A stretch of 64,000 bases of DNA from Eukaryota sp. TZLM1-RC (taxonomy: Eukaryota > Protista > Metamonada: BaSk clade). The position numbers were made by a program, and so were the translations under genes. Below are positions 10,300-21,880 of this stretch, piece after piece (position 1 is the first letter of the stretch; each line of letters begins with the position of its first letter). A model generated the notes under the pieces. It searched no databases, was not told the origin of the DNA, and saw nothing but the letters and a program-made list of their open reading frames with translations. The DNA lies in NCBI GenBank assembly GCA_040285825.1, contig JAUPSS010000003.1:1922001-1986000 (forward strand), in the 5' to 3' direction.

Positions 10300-10442
10300 C
10301 AATAGAAATAAGATGGTCTGTCTGAACATGCTTGCAATTGTTGAAGCCAGAATGAGTGGTAATGATAGACCCCAATTTCTGTGTAGTAGATAGTTTTTGT
10401 AATTATTCCGCACGAAAATAGGTCGTGTACTTATGGGAATTT
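10296..10442 (+). mobile_element. Fanzor family 1 3'-end fragment (RuvC-III tail + conserved non-coding end)
   Basis: Near-identical to 5934-6080, including about 50 nt past the stop codon. Confidence 0.88.
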
Positions 10443-10488
10443 CCAACCAAGTCTTAAATTCATCCTTTCACCAACATTCACTATAACA

Positions 10489-10797
10489 ATGGTCCAAGGC
10501 TCACTTAAACCCGCACATAAACTCAAAAAATCGAAAGGATTACCCAAACTAGCAAAACTCAAGAAGACACAGAAACAGATGTCCAAAGGGCGGGTTAAAA
10601 TCGCTCCTAAGCGCTCCGATGTTTCTCAAAAGGTTCAACAGGCTTTCACAAGGGAGATCAATCGTGATATTGAGGCTACACTTCTCGACAAGGCCCAACA
10701 TAACAAGGAATCTTTCAAACTACTGGGCAAGCAATCACAATCTTCTAAAACCAGTTCCTCCAAGTCAAAGGTTGACGTTTCTGGTCCTGATTCTTAA
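10489..10797 (+). CDS. Small basic protein, C19orf53/L10K (DUF2462)-like
   Basis: Pattern MVQGSLK...KGRVKIAPKR...INRDIE..L..KA...FKLL; 102 aa, Lys-rich. Confidence 0.7.
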   Translation: MVQGSLKPAHKLKKSKGLPKLAKLKKTQKQMSKGRVKIAPKRSDVSQKVQQAFTREINRDIEATLLDKAQHNKESFKLLGKQSQSSKTSSSKSKVDVSGPDS

Positions 10798-11032
10798 CAC
10801 TATTAGTGTGCATAGTCTGTGTTGTTTGTTCCTGCGTAGTTTTTCTTTTAGTTATAGTCATTTTGATGTAAATCTTTTAATTCAAGTGCTGTTTTTAAAT
10901 ATTTGCTTATAAATATAAACCAATAATGATGAATGCATTAAGGAGAAAATCCACCATTTCTCAAAAACTCAGTCCCTCTACATTGCTGTAAAAAGGACAC
11001 TTATTTCATTGTTATAGGCATCATCTGTAACA

Positions 11033-11560
11033 ATGATACATTACACCAGGTCACTCAAGCAACCCCGTGCAACAACGAGAGCAACTCCTCGATACTCTCT
11101 CTCTTCATATTCAAAAACATTTCCAACAATTACCATCACCGAACCTCTATCAGATGATGGTTCTATTGTATCAGATTCGTCTCCGACCATAGAAATAATC
11201 CCCGATGATCTCTCCGCAACGTACAACTTTTCCTCTCCTGATACGGTCATCCATGCTCCTCTTACACCTTCCACCATCGTCACTCCTCTCCTTCAAGCCA
11301 AAAAGCTGACAGAACCCTCGTCAGCTATGCCTTCTCTTATTGTCACTGCATCGCCTATTCATATTGAACTGGATGAAACCCCACCCCCTTCCCCGAAGAT
11401 CAGCCAAGTGGAAACGGATATAGAACAGGAGGAAGAAGTAGAAGATGTACCACCACCACCACTGAATTTTACACACTTTGTTCCTGTGTTGAATGTTCAT
11501 TTACAGAGAGGATATGCAGGAATTCAAGAATTAAGGCCTTTGTTCAAGAATGTTAAATAA
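11033..11560 (+). CDS. Hypothetical Ser/Pro/Thr-rich protein
   Basis: 175-aa ATG-initiated ORF with elevated GC; low complexity. Confidence 0.55.
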   Translation: MIHYTRSLKQPRATTRATPRYSLSSYSKTFPTITITEPLSDDGSIVSDSSPTIEIIPDDLSATYNFSSPDTVIHAPLTPSTIVTPLLQAKKLTEPSSAMPSLIVTASPIHIELDETPPPSPKISQVETDIEQEEEVEDVPPPPLNFTHFVPVLNVHLQRGYAGIQELRPLFKNVK

Positions 11561-11770
11561 TGAATAATTTCACATTAATGCTCTAATGGAACGTTCCCTG
11601 CTTTTCTATGAAGCCTTTTTTCTAATTTGAATAGCAAAATTTCAATTTATTGACTGATTTTCTATCATTTCTGTTAATAGTCAAGTTTTGTTTATTTGGA
11701 TGCATTAATAATTAATTTAATAATTAAGTTCACGGTAATTACTTGCTGTGTATTTTAATTTTGGTGTTTA

Positions 11771-12934
11771 TCAACACTTATAATTCTCTGATAATTTGTT
11801 GGATTTCTTCTTCAGTTTTTCAATTAATTTGAAGTTAATTATAATAGAAGTAGAACTAAAAACAATGGAGCATAAATAAAGACAATCAAAAGTATTAATT
11901 CCTTTGAATTCCAGAGAAAATGCAACCAGTAACCACATTCCAAAAGATAATATCCAAGATAATTTCAATTTTAAAACACAAATTAATTCATCTCTATTCA
12001 CATCAAATAATATTAATGGTAAAATAGCAAAATACCAAGAAAAATATTGCACAGTGTACACTTTTGAAAGAAAAACAAAAACGACAATATGTAAATAAAA
12101 TGCTTTAATAAAGTCGTTATAGTACTTTAAACTAATTGCCAAATGAATAATTAGTTGAATTAAAAGAGAAAACCCATGAATAAGTTTGTTTTGGAGTAGA
12201 AAAGAAGGATGGCAAAGTGTTAAAAAGTTTGATAACCAAAAAATTGAAAAATTATGTCGATAGTCTACAGGTGATCCCGACCGTGTCAGGTGGAAAAGAA
12301 TCGAAAATTTAAAAGAGTTAGGATAAATGATTTCAAAAAGAGTGCATAATAAACAAAAGGTGGCAAAAGAAACCAAAAGAAATAAAACAATGTTAAAAAA
12401 TTTACCAGTTTCGTAATAAATATTGAGGATGACAGTAAGAGCTAGAATCACTGGAAAAATTCTCCAATATACTGCAAAACCAAAAACAAGCCCTGAAAAA
12501 ACTATATTAAGACTTGAAAAGTTTTTGATAAATAAAATTAATAAGAAACAAATCAATGAATCAGCATTGCCTCTAGTCGAGATATTAACCATAATGGGGT
12601 TAAATAAAAACAAATAAACTACAAATTTGGAATCTGGGACAAGTTTCTGTAGAACAAAGGCAGATAGCTGATCGATGCAGCAGAACAGAACCTTCCCAAA
12701 GGAGGGGACCCATATATTAGGGAGTAAGAGCAGAGCTAACAGGGGGGAGTATCTATAAGTAGGATGGTCATAGGGAGAGAGACCTTGTGATATGAGCTGT
12801 GCTCCATGTGTAAATACATTGTAATCAATGTCAGTGTAAGGAACAAGTGAATATTGATCTTGAAAATGTCCAAAGATTAAAACGATTGTGCGAATAAGAG
12901 AAGATAAGAGGAAGATGTTCATTGGATACTGCAT
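11771..12934 (-). CDS. PIGM: GPI mannosyltransferase I (PIG-M/Gpi14)
   Basis: YTDIDY (DxD), YRYSPLLA, STRGNAD, RHNFS and TVQYFSWY motifs; polytopic membrane protein. Confidence 0.95.
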   Translation of the reverse strand: MQYPMNIFLLSSLIRTIVLIFGHFQDQYSLVPYTDIDYNVFTHGAQLISQGLSPYDHPTYRYSPLLALLLLPNIWVPSFGKVLFCCIDQLSAFVLQKLVPDSKFVVYLFLFNPIMVNISTRGNADSLICFLLILFIKNFSSLNIVFSGLVFGFAVYWRIFPVILALTVILNIYYETGKFFNIVLFLLVSFATFCLLCTLFEIIYPNSFKFSILFHLTRSGSPVDYRHNFSIFWLSNFLTLCHPSFLLQNKLIHGFSLLIQLIIHLAISLKYYNDFIKAFYLHIVVFVFLSKVYTVQYFSWYFAILPLILFDVNRDELICVLKLKLSWILSFGMWLLVAFSLEFKGINTFDCLYLCSIVFSSTSIIINFKLIEKLKKKSNKLSENYKC

Positions 12935-13282
12935 GATCCATGAACTGATGATGGCTCCTTTTATGGGATGTCAGTTGTTCTCTCAGCAGCTCTGTGATAA
13001 TGGATTTTTGCTCTTTTTGCCACAACAAAAACTATTCATTGATTCTTCTCGAAGCGTTTTCAAGAAAAAATACTACAACATAAGACATTATTTAACAATT
13101 GGCCTGTTTCCACTGATTGTCTTATTGTTAGCCTGTACTTTCAAAAAATATGGAAAATAGTAATAAAAGCAAGTTGTCGGTTTGTAATAACACAGGTTGT
13201 TTGCATGATGTTGATAATTTTCATATTATCTCTTTATCTCCAACAATTGCTTTCTTTTGGCAGTGATTCTCCCAAGGTATTA

Positions 13283-13404
13283 ATTATTGATTGAATTTGC
13301 ACACTTAATTAAATCAACTCAATACTAATGGGACGACTATCATTGAATCAAGATTTCCTCTACAAAATCTTGATTTGCTTGCTGTCTAGCTAAAGCTTCT
13401 CTTA
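13283..13404 (-). mobile_element. 122-bp 5'-truncated family A retrotransposon insertion
   Basis: Family A 3' end; 13-bp TSD TCCCAAGGTATTA at 13270-13282 and 13405-13417. Confidence 0.92.
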
Positions 13405-13639
13405 TCCCAAGGTATTAGTTTCAAAATGAACCAATAAAGATTTTGAAATGACTGTAAAGAGAAGAACTAGCAGAATTTTTAACAGATTGCTTTGGCAAAA
13501 TAGAATTGTATTTTCTATTTTTAAAGGGATGTTGAAGATAGTATTTCACAAAATATACTTGCAAATCAATTAACTTTGACGCAAACTATTTTCATGTCGG
13601 AAATTCAGTAGAGTCGTCCTGTTAAAAATGAAATACAGC

Positions 13640-13935
13640 TACAAAACTTAAAAGAATTGATAATTCATGAAGCACTTCCTTCCAATAACACTGAACAAAG
13701 CTTTCCTTCTTTGAAATTCATTCAATTGATTACGTCTAACGATGAAAGTTTATCAAAGTCTACCTTATCTCCAACAAAGTTCATTAGTCAAGGTTTAATT
13801 AAATCTGTTAAATTAATCAAGTATGAATTCTTAGTTGAATTATCTTGTTTTCCATGGTGGATTCAGTGTCCAACTGAAAGATTTTTGAATGAAATTTTCA
13901 ATGACTATGTAGATCATGTCATAGATTGTCAATGA
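13640..13935 (+). pseudogene. C-terminal fragment of the RCC1+LRR-like gene family
   Basis: FPSLKFIQL...GLIKSVKLI..EFLVELSCFPWWIQCP matches the C-terminus of 56963-59056. Confidence 0.8.
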
Positions 13936-13945
13936 TAACAAATAT

Positions 13946-14133
13946 AAAATTGTATTTATTGAATTTGCACACTTAATTAAATTAACTCAATACTAATGGG
14001 ATGACTATCATTAAACCAAGATTTCCTCTACAAAATCTGGATCAGCTTGCTGTCTAGCTAAAGCTTCTCTTATTCGATTGAAAAACCGTGGTAATCTATT
14101 AATAATGGCAAATTGAATCCGTGAACGCCATAT
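13946..14133 (-). mobile_element. Short 5'-truncated family A retrotransposon insertion
   Basis: WRSRIQFAIINRLP...FVEEILV plus 3' UTR; probable 8-bp TSD ACAAATAT. Confidence 0.85.
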
Positions 14134-14629
14134 ACAAATATTTGAATAAATTGTTTGACCAATTTTTACCAATACACTACATAATATGCTTTTCAATCAA
14201 ATACTTTCATGTGCCCTTTGATTATCAATCCAATCCATTAAAAGAATCCAAAAATGATTAAGTGACTTTACACAATTCCTATTTTTTGAACAACTTTTTT
14301 CAGTTAAGTGTGTTTTGTGCTTCATATGAAGTTTATGAATGTATGATTCAAGATCTTTTATTTTGTTGGATTGATATAGATGGAGTTGGCTTTACAAAAT
14401 CATTTATTTTGTGTAAAGTTGTTTTTAAACAAACTTTTTATTACAATGAACCACTAAACACAAAAATCAAAATTCTGAATCTTCATATCCCAAATCAGCC
14501 AAGAAGAATGGACTGGAAGTTTTGCCTTCATAAAAGCGAACAAGTGATAATAATGCAGAAGACAACAAGGACAAACCCTTTAAAAATCAAAAATACAATT
14601 CTGTTATGCCGCAACAGTTTGTCAAAAAT

Positions 14630-15200
14630 TCTTCCTGTACGTTGCTTCACAATTGCATTAAAATCATCCAGAAAAGACAAAGCAAGTGGTCCAGGCGTGC
14701 TATGTAAGGAAAAAGCAAATGCACAAAGGACATAATGAGTATGCGATTCAGCTTTTGGATCACAACTTTGCTATATATTGATCAATTTTAGTATTTTCAG
14801 CAACAGACAGAGGATTATTGTATTTTCACTGAGCTAATAGTATAAAAGAATTATTACACACAACAGTTGATCTTACATCAGTAATGATGGTCGTCCCTTC
14901 AAGACCTTCAAGCATTAAATCACCTCTATTACGATTAAAAGAATTCAAAGTATCTTCATCAACAAAACGGGAAAGTAATGGTTCTAAATAGGAAACAATT
15001 CTGTGTGATTTTGACATACAATAGAGTTGATTCCTAACTGCATACATTTTTAGATCAAATTATGAGGCACGTAAACATGCCAAATAAAACAACGAAGGTG
15101 CATTGTACAAGAAAATGTGGTATCATTTAAAAAGAAGACCATAAATTTGAGGAATCTGAGTAATTAAACAGGAAGACGAACTGTTCCAATAACAAGAGGA
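14630..15200 (-). mobile_element. Degenerate CRE-like RLE-domain fragment
   Basis: VRNQLYCM...LEPLL...RGDL...TDV motifs. Confidence 0.7.
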
Positions 15201-15309
15201 TTAAACCAAAGCCAAAACAGTAACGAACCGCTTTGCTTTTTCAAACCTCGTTTTTTCGACCCATATTGCTTAGTTGTTTGAGTCAAAATGGCTAATCTCC
15301 AAATAAAAT

Positions 15310-15560
15310 CTTCTCAAAAATAATCGATACTTTGAACCATTTCTGTGCTCAGGGTTGTTTGTTGTTTGGAATAGAGGTTAGAAGTTAGTGTTGCGTGACC
15401 AGTAGTGGAAAGATATAGAGTTGTACAATGATTGCAGATATTTTCTTGCAGTGTTTCTGTAAGATGCTCCCATACAGCAGAACGTTGGGCACGTGCAGGT
15501 GAAACAGGGTCGTCAACAACCTGGACGACTGCTTGGCTTTGTTGAAGGTTGATAAGGAAG
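15310..15560 (-). mobile_element. Probable internally deleted hAT transposase remnant (BED zinc finger)
   Basis: A minus-strand frame not in the ORF track reads RSAVWEHLTETLQENICNHCTTLYLSTTG, then TTLSTEMVQSI resembling the hAT C-terminal dimerisation tail. Confidence 0.55.
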
Positions 15561-15626
15561 AAGTTGATGTGTGTATCAAAAAGAAATTCGTTTGTGCTTC
15601 AATCGGATTTCAGCAAAATAATTTTA

Positions 15627-16821
15627 GGAAAAACTCCAAAATCCACACGTTTTTCAAAGATAAAACAAAATCCACACTTGCAAAACAAAATCCACACACT
15701 TTCATAGATTCACAACACAATCCACATTTCCTATGAACATTGATCTTAAACGTCTTAGGAACGATGCAACATTGGTGGCAACAGAACACAAGACGTTTGA
15801 GTCGAGATTGGACTTACAGACCTTCTTACATCAACTTGCACTTCAATACAACAAGGAATTCACAGTTGCTCCCAACAATAACAAAACGCGGTATGAGGTG
15901 AGGTGTCCTACTGCCGAATGTCCGTTCAAAATCATAGCTAAGACTCAATATCTTGGTGTTTCCAGGGAACAGATGTGGTCATGTTACCAGCAACATAGTT
16001 GAATGTGTAAATGCGTGCATTGCAGAAGCTCGTCAGCTTCCAATTGTACATATGTTTGAATCGATTAGGTCAATGTTGGCGAGATGGTTTATTACGAGAA
16101 GAAAAGAAGCACGAAACTTATCATCAACTATTGTCTGCAGAGCAAATGATATTCTGAAAACAGAGACTATTACAATCTCGAGATTTAAAAGCTGTGGAAT
16201 TGGACCAAGCTAAATTTGAAGTGAGAGAGAACGGCACTGTATTTACTGTCAATGTGGATTCCAACGAATGCTCATGTGGAGCTTTGGAAAAGAAGGGATT
16301 CCGTGTGTGCATTTACTCGTACTTCTTTCAGCAAAAGGAAGTAGAGGTGTTGAATTGTGTTCTGAACTTCATTCAACACAGAGATTTCTCAAAACTTACA
16401 GTGGAAGAATACTCTCAGTGGACAACATAAAACTTCATTCGGTTGTGAAGCAGACGCTAGAAGACAAGATCGAATCAGATATACTAACTTAACCTCCAAT
16501 TCCTACACCGCGAGCAGGAAGACCAGGAGTCGTTAGGAAGAGGAGAAGTAATGAACCAAGAGGACCCAACAGCCGTAGCGAGAAGTTTACTGATGCAGTT
16601 GAACCAGCGCCCAAACAACGACGCAAGTACACATGTAAAGTGTGTGGTGTCGAAGGACATAACGCAAGAGGATGTCCCAACAAAGATAAAGAATAGCTAA
16701 TAAACAACATTGTGTGGATATTGATGTTTTTGGAGTTTCTGTGTGGATTGTGAAGTCTTTTGATGGAAGTGTGTGGATTTTGCTCCATTTTGAAGAAAAA
16801 TGTGGAAAATGAATTTATCCC
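15627..16821 (+). mobile_element. Mutator-like (MULE) DNA transposon with internal deletion of the DDE core
   Basis: 9-bp TSD ATAATTTTA at 15618-15626 and 16822-16830; imperfect TIRs (GG...CC) with repeated AATCCACAC/GTGTGGATT; MuDR N-domain RYEVRC...CPF, TSNIVE, SWIM finger CSC...PCVH, terminal CKVC..GHNARGC. Confidence 0.92.
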
Positions 16822-16914
16822 ATAATTTTATTAACAAAACCATTTTAGGGGTTTTGACAGAGTGACTCCATTTGACTTTCAATTTCTCAACATATTACTT
16901 TATATTGTAGGGAA

Positions 16915-17575
16915 TATAAAATCATGAAATACACAGCTAAAACTCCACATTCTCAAAATTTGTCTCACCTACATCAGAACAATTAATTGCCAAAGATTCA
17001 GAAAATTTCACAAATGAAGAGAGTGATGAGAAATTAATTTCACCATTCCCTTAAAAACAGAAACACAATCCTGATTTGCAAGTAAACACGATTGAAAATT
17101 CTTCCAGTTCTTTCCTTTACAACTTCAAAAAAATCGTCAAGGAAAGCCATAGCAGCCTTACCCAAAGATTCCAGCAATGAAAAAACAAAGGGACATAAAT
17201 TATATTGGGCATGGGAATTTTCATTTACAGAGGAAATGGGTTTCGCATATTTAGCAATTTTATATCTTTCACCAGCAAAAAAGGGGTTATTTACATCTGA
17301 GTTAATGAAATGTTCGTTAGAAGAATTACAAGGGTCAATGGTCATGGCGTCTAAAATAGAAACACTACCATTTAAACCAGGAACAACTAGATCACCTCTT
17401 GTCAGACCCATAGAAGCTCTGTTGTAACGCGTACTATCAATATTGGGGTCATCAAGAATTAATTTTAATAACAAAGGCTCTAAAAAGGAATCTACTCGAT
17501 ATGATTTGCACATTACATAAATTTGGTCCCTGGCATTATTATGCTCTTTACTTCTAAATGTTATGAAATGTCAAC
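16915..17575 (-). mobile_element. CRE-like retrotransposon 3' fragment (family B, RLE)
   Basis: RGDLVVPG...LDAMTIDPC...KIAKY...FVFSLL motifs; homologous to 36190-36900. Confidence 0.85.
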
Positions 17576-18163
17576 ATTTCATTTTAGTTTTGTCTTTTTG
17601 GTTTAGTTTCGGTTTTGCGGACAAGAAAAATCAAGCTGAATCAAATCACAGAAACAATGAAATCAAAGCAAAGAAATACCCCCACTTCATCATGTAGCTT
17701 GCCTAAAAAAATTTAGAACATTTTGGGAACAATGCAGTTGATCCCATTTTTGTATTCAGTGTACCATAATCAGGATGATACTTGTGCGAATCAGAGACTA
17801 AATTTCAAGTAACCAATTCATCCAATATAGAAACAAATAATGCTACATTCAACTGTAATAAAACGAAAGTAATCCCAATAAATAGAAAAAACTTCTTTCA
17901 TGTCCTCCAAGTTCTCCCTAATATATTGAAATCCCAGCCTTGACAATTTTCAAAAGTTTCGAAGAGGCCAACTTCATGTATGCACTTGATAAAACACATG
18001 AACAACTCAAAGATAGTTGATTTTAACACCTTCTTTTGTAAACAAAGACATTAAAAAATCCACACACTCATTTATAGATCTTATATTCAAGATTCTAGAG
18101 ACAGTTAACTGCTTACGGTTCAAAAAATGACTAATATCCGTTTCTATAGACAATAAAAGCTAT

Positions 18164-18735
18164 TTACTCCTTTTTGCGTCCTTCAGTTTGCTTGTTTCTG
18201 AGAGTCTTGTAGCAAGATTCGGTCTGAGTAGGGAGGGAACCAAGAGTAACAAATTCACGATCAGCTTGAAGTGGCATGACGGTACCGACATGCTGTTGAG
18301 CTTCATGGATGTTGCTGGCCTTCTTCATTGGGAAGACGGTGAGTTTGGAAACGTATTCCTTGAGTCTTTGGGCATTTTGTTGGAGAGACTCTTGACAACG
18401 GTTCACTCTTCTGTGATCGACAGCAATACCGATGGTACGGGCATACTTGGCACTGAGACCAGCTTCCTATGGTGAACTAAACGATCTCAACATACAGCAA
18501 GTTCTTGCATGGTGAAACCGCGACCAAGACGTTGACGAACATTGTACCTTTGAGTGGCACAGTGGACAATGGGACGAAGAGACTCGGTAGGACGAGGGAA
18601 CATACGGGCAGCCTTGGCAGCACGAGCCTGACGACGAGCCTTTTTCTTGGCTGGTTGGTTGAACCACATCTTGGCCAACTCCTTATGCTTCTTCAAGTAG
18701 TGAACATTAGATACAACGTTGTTTCCTGCCGTCAT
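18164..18735 (-). CDS. RPL13: 60S ribosomal protein L13 (eL13), two exons
   Basis: [37 protein letters not shown] motifs; removing intron 18467-18495 restores ELA-EAGL frame. Confidence 0.97.
18467..18495 (-). other. 29-nt spliceosomal intron in RPL13
   Basis: GTATGT...TTCACCATAG; its removal is required to join the two RPL13 ORFs. Confidence 0.92.
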
Positions 18736-20274
18736 GATGAAAGATGTGACTGGTGTTAAGTTATGAATAAATAACCATACGAGAAAAAGAAAGGAAAAAG
18801 GAATTTCTTGACCTCCCAACTCCCAATGTTGAAACAATTATGATTAGCCCGCAAATACCACACATCAATGAGCAGTACTGTAATAAAGAAGACACTATAG
18901 TGTACTATGAGTAAAATTGAGGAAATTCAAATATTACACAATAGTAACTGAAACAATCTTTTGCCAACCATTATCTACAACATCATTATTTATACTGAAC
19001 CAAACTAAATTGTGTTTCAGTAAACACTATTACAAATTACATCAAAAGATTTGATAAAATTTTCCCAATTGGTTCTCATCTACCACATCTATTTACATTT
19101 CGCAACATTTATTAGACAATCTCTGCACCATAAGCTACAGTTCAACCAACGATCCTTTCCCTTATCACTCCTATTGACGAGATATTGTAATTTTTTATGT
19201 ACCGAGTTATTTCTCTCATTAAGTGGAACTCCATGTCGTTACCCACATCTAGTATTTCAGATTTTCATGAAACTGCACTGTCATCTACTACTGATGCTGG
19301 TGTCCTTTCATTAGAAAGCATACTGCCGTTGGTTAACTCATTGTGAGACGTAATGATTTCAAATTTGTCACTGTCGTCTTATTGCTCATAATCGTTGATA
19401 TGGCTTGGTAACAACATCATGTATTTTACTTCAAGTCATGTGTTCAAGTCACAGTGTGATAATGCACCAACAACCTCTACTTGTATGCTTGGTAGTCTAG
19501 TTTCAGGTAGCAGCGCTCTAGCTCACTCTCCATTTTCAGAACTGTCTCACATTGAGCTTCACAAAACCAAATTTGTGGGAGCATTATCTGATACTACATC
19601 TTGCTTTTTTTTTTCATTTTCTACACATGACATCCTTTAACTAACGGTTTGCTGATGTGAAAACCAATTGGAGTGTGTCTAGTTTATTCGGTATTTTTTT
19701 TGTTTTTTGGTGGCTTCAACAGTTACAATTTTTTTCTTGTGAATTGTCAAAAAAGAATAACTGATGGATCTATTCATACAATTTTTGTCAAATTGGTTGG
19801 TGTATAGCTTTTATAGAAAAGAAGTAAATAATGACCTGTGTTAAAAATAATTAATATTTTGATTATTTTTTAAATTGTATCAACTGAATTCAATTAGTTC
19901 TAACAACTGTACAAGAGGCACTTCTTTATAGAGTGTGGTGTGTATGTATGGATGAGGGTTTTGGTCGCCATTTATTTGTGATACGAATCAAAACAAGGAA
20001 TGATGTAATCATGGAAAACATAATTGTAATGAAAATTCAGTTTGTCCCAAAAAACCACCATAGTTGGTTTTCTTGATTTGAATATTAACTCACAAAATGA
20101 TTACAATATATGGAATTTCTCAATATATGGAATTTCTCAAAAAATAACCCTGGAAAATGATCATTGTTAATTTGTTAATGACCATATCTCTTTAATAAAA
20201 GGAATAGATACTGGGTATTCAAACACACGATAAAACAGTTGAAATAACTGTGTTAATAATACAAAAAATAGCAG

Positions 20275-21201
20275 TTAGGCAACATTTGATACCCATATAA
20301 TAGCATTTGTAATGGCTACAGACCCACCAATGGACCAATTCGCATAAGAATTGACAGTACTACTCCAAGGCGGACAATTGAACTCCACGATTCTTCCCCT
20401 GCCAGTATCATGCTTTACAATCAAGGGAGTGTTGCCATTCACTCTTGCAATAACTTCTCCTTGCGTAAGCTGGACACCACTTCGACCATAATTGGTAGAA
20501 ACAGTCTCAAGATTGGAAAACAGAATGTCCGATTCAACCTGTTTCTCCATCAAACATTGCTTTTTTGACTTCTTCAAGAATCCCCATGTGCCACCTCTTA
20601 AGCACAAGTACTCAAACCCCTTGATCCAGAAAGGATTACTACTAAAAAGAACCAGCCCTTTTCCCTCCTCAATGAATTTATTGAGAATCTCACCCACACA
20701 AAAATTGCTAGTGAAAAACACAATAACATCAAACAAAGCAATATCATTATAGTTATCTATACTATTTGTACTACCTATTACATCAAATTCTAATAAACTC
20801 CATTTTGAATTTAATTCTTTTTTGATATTTGATAAAATATTGTTTAAAAATGGTGCATGTTGACAGTATACCGCAATCTTCAACTTCCTTACCACCAGTT
20901 CTGTGCCTAAAATCCGATGTGAAATTTGTGAAAGGTTTTCACTGTTACAAGACGAAAGCAAGAGGTACGTTAACCACGATCGTTTATGAAGAGTTAATTG
21001 TTGAGATAATTCAACATGTGCTAGGAGTGATGCTGGACAGGGTATGATTTCAGGTATAGAAGCGAAGTGATAGTGGTCAATAGCGAGCGAGAACAACCGG
21101 TAATCAGAAGTCTTGACGGCAGTCATCAACAAAGATACAAAATCCAGCGGAGTGTGGCTGGTAATAGATGATGGAGAAATGTCAACCAGGGGGTAAGACA
21201 T
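20275..21201 (-). CDS. Hypothetical protein with possible class-I GATase-like/ThuA-like C-terminal fold
   Basis: ORF from MSYPL; C-terminal GKGLVL, PLIV...GRGRIV, NAIIWV pattern; the fold call is weak. Confidence 0.65.
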   Translation of the reverse strand: MSYPLVDISPSSITSHTPLDFVSLLMTAVKTSDYRLFSLAIDHYHFASIPEIIPCPASLLAHVELSQQLTLHKRSWLTYLLLSSCNSENLSQISHRILGTELVVRKLKIAVYCQHAPFLNNILSNIKKELNSKWSLLEFDVIGSTNSIDNYNDIALFDVIVFFTSNFCVGEILNKFIEEGKGLVLFSSNPFWIKGFEYLCLRGGTWGFLKKSKKQCLMEKQVESDILFSNLETVSTNYGRSGVQLTQGEVIARVNGNTPLIVKHDTGRGRIVEFNCPPWSSTVNSYANWSIGGSVAITNAIIWVSNVA

Positions 21202-21519
21202 GGATACTGAGTGATTGAATAGGTGATTGGTGTTGTGATTCAATTTTAAATAATTTTGTTAACCTCTTCGTATGTTAACTTGCATTCAATTAAATAACTT
21301 GTATTAGAGAAATCTAAACTGTTTTAGTAATGGCACCATCTGATTACTTAGCAATCATTAAAGTTTGAGCGTTTTGATGTAATCTTCATGCTCCTTTAAT
21401 ATCCCCATTTTAATGTCATTATCAATGAAACAAAATTGGTAACAGAACAGATTGCTGAAATTGTTTAATCTACTAATTACAAACAATAATAAGTGAGAAG
21501 CACTGATTCTGTTATACCA

Positions 21520-21880
21520 ATGGCTCAATCAAAATGTAGGGACCCCTTATCTGTTTCCGAAATTGACAGATATAAAGCAAAATTGCTATCCTTGAATGCA
21601 GAATAGCTTACTCATTTTGTTCTCTGTCAATTTGCAGTTTCCCTTCATGGCTCGTTTGGACCTTTTGCTTTATCTTTCTTGGATGATCTTGTTGAAGTTG
21701 TGAAACAATTTACTGGAAGAGTTTTTGGCAAAGCAGAATTGTATTTTCAATTTTCAAAGGTGTTGGTCCCTTATTAACTCCAGCTTTCTTATCTCTTGGA
21801 CGCTTTTATGAAAGAAAATTACCAGTCAATTCTTCTTGGCTGATTTGGGTATTGAAGATATAGAATTTTAATTTTGTCGT
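21520..21880 (+). mobile_element. Degenerate CRE-like RLE 3' fragment
   Basis: FAVSLHGSFGPFALSFL...TGR...WQSRIVFSIFKG remnants. Confidence 0.65.

Noticed and set aside
19020-19975. Possible intron-containing gene on the minus strand
   Set aside because: Could not build a stop-free spliced frame by eye
20103-20140. Tandem CAATATATGGAATTTCT resembling the Fanzor right end
   Set aside because: Short AT-rich match with mismatches and no adjoining Fanzor sequence
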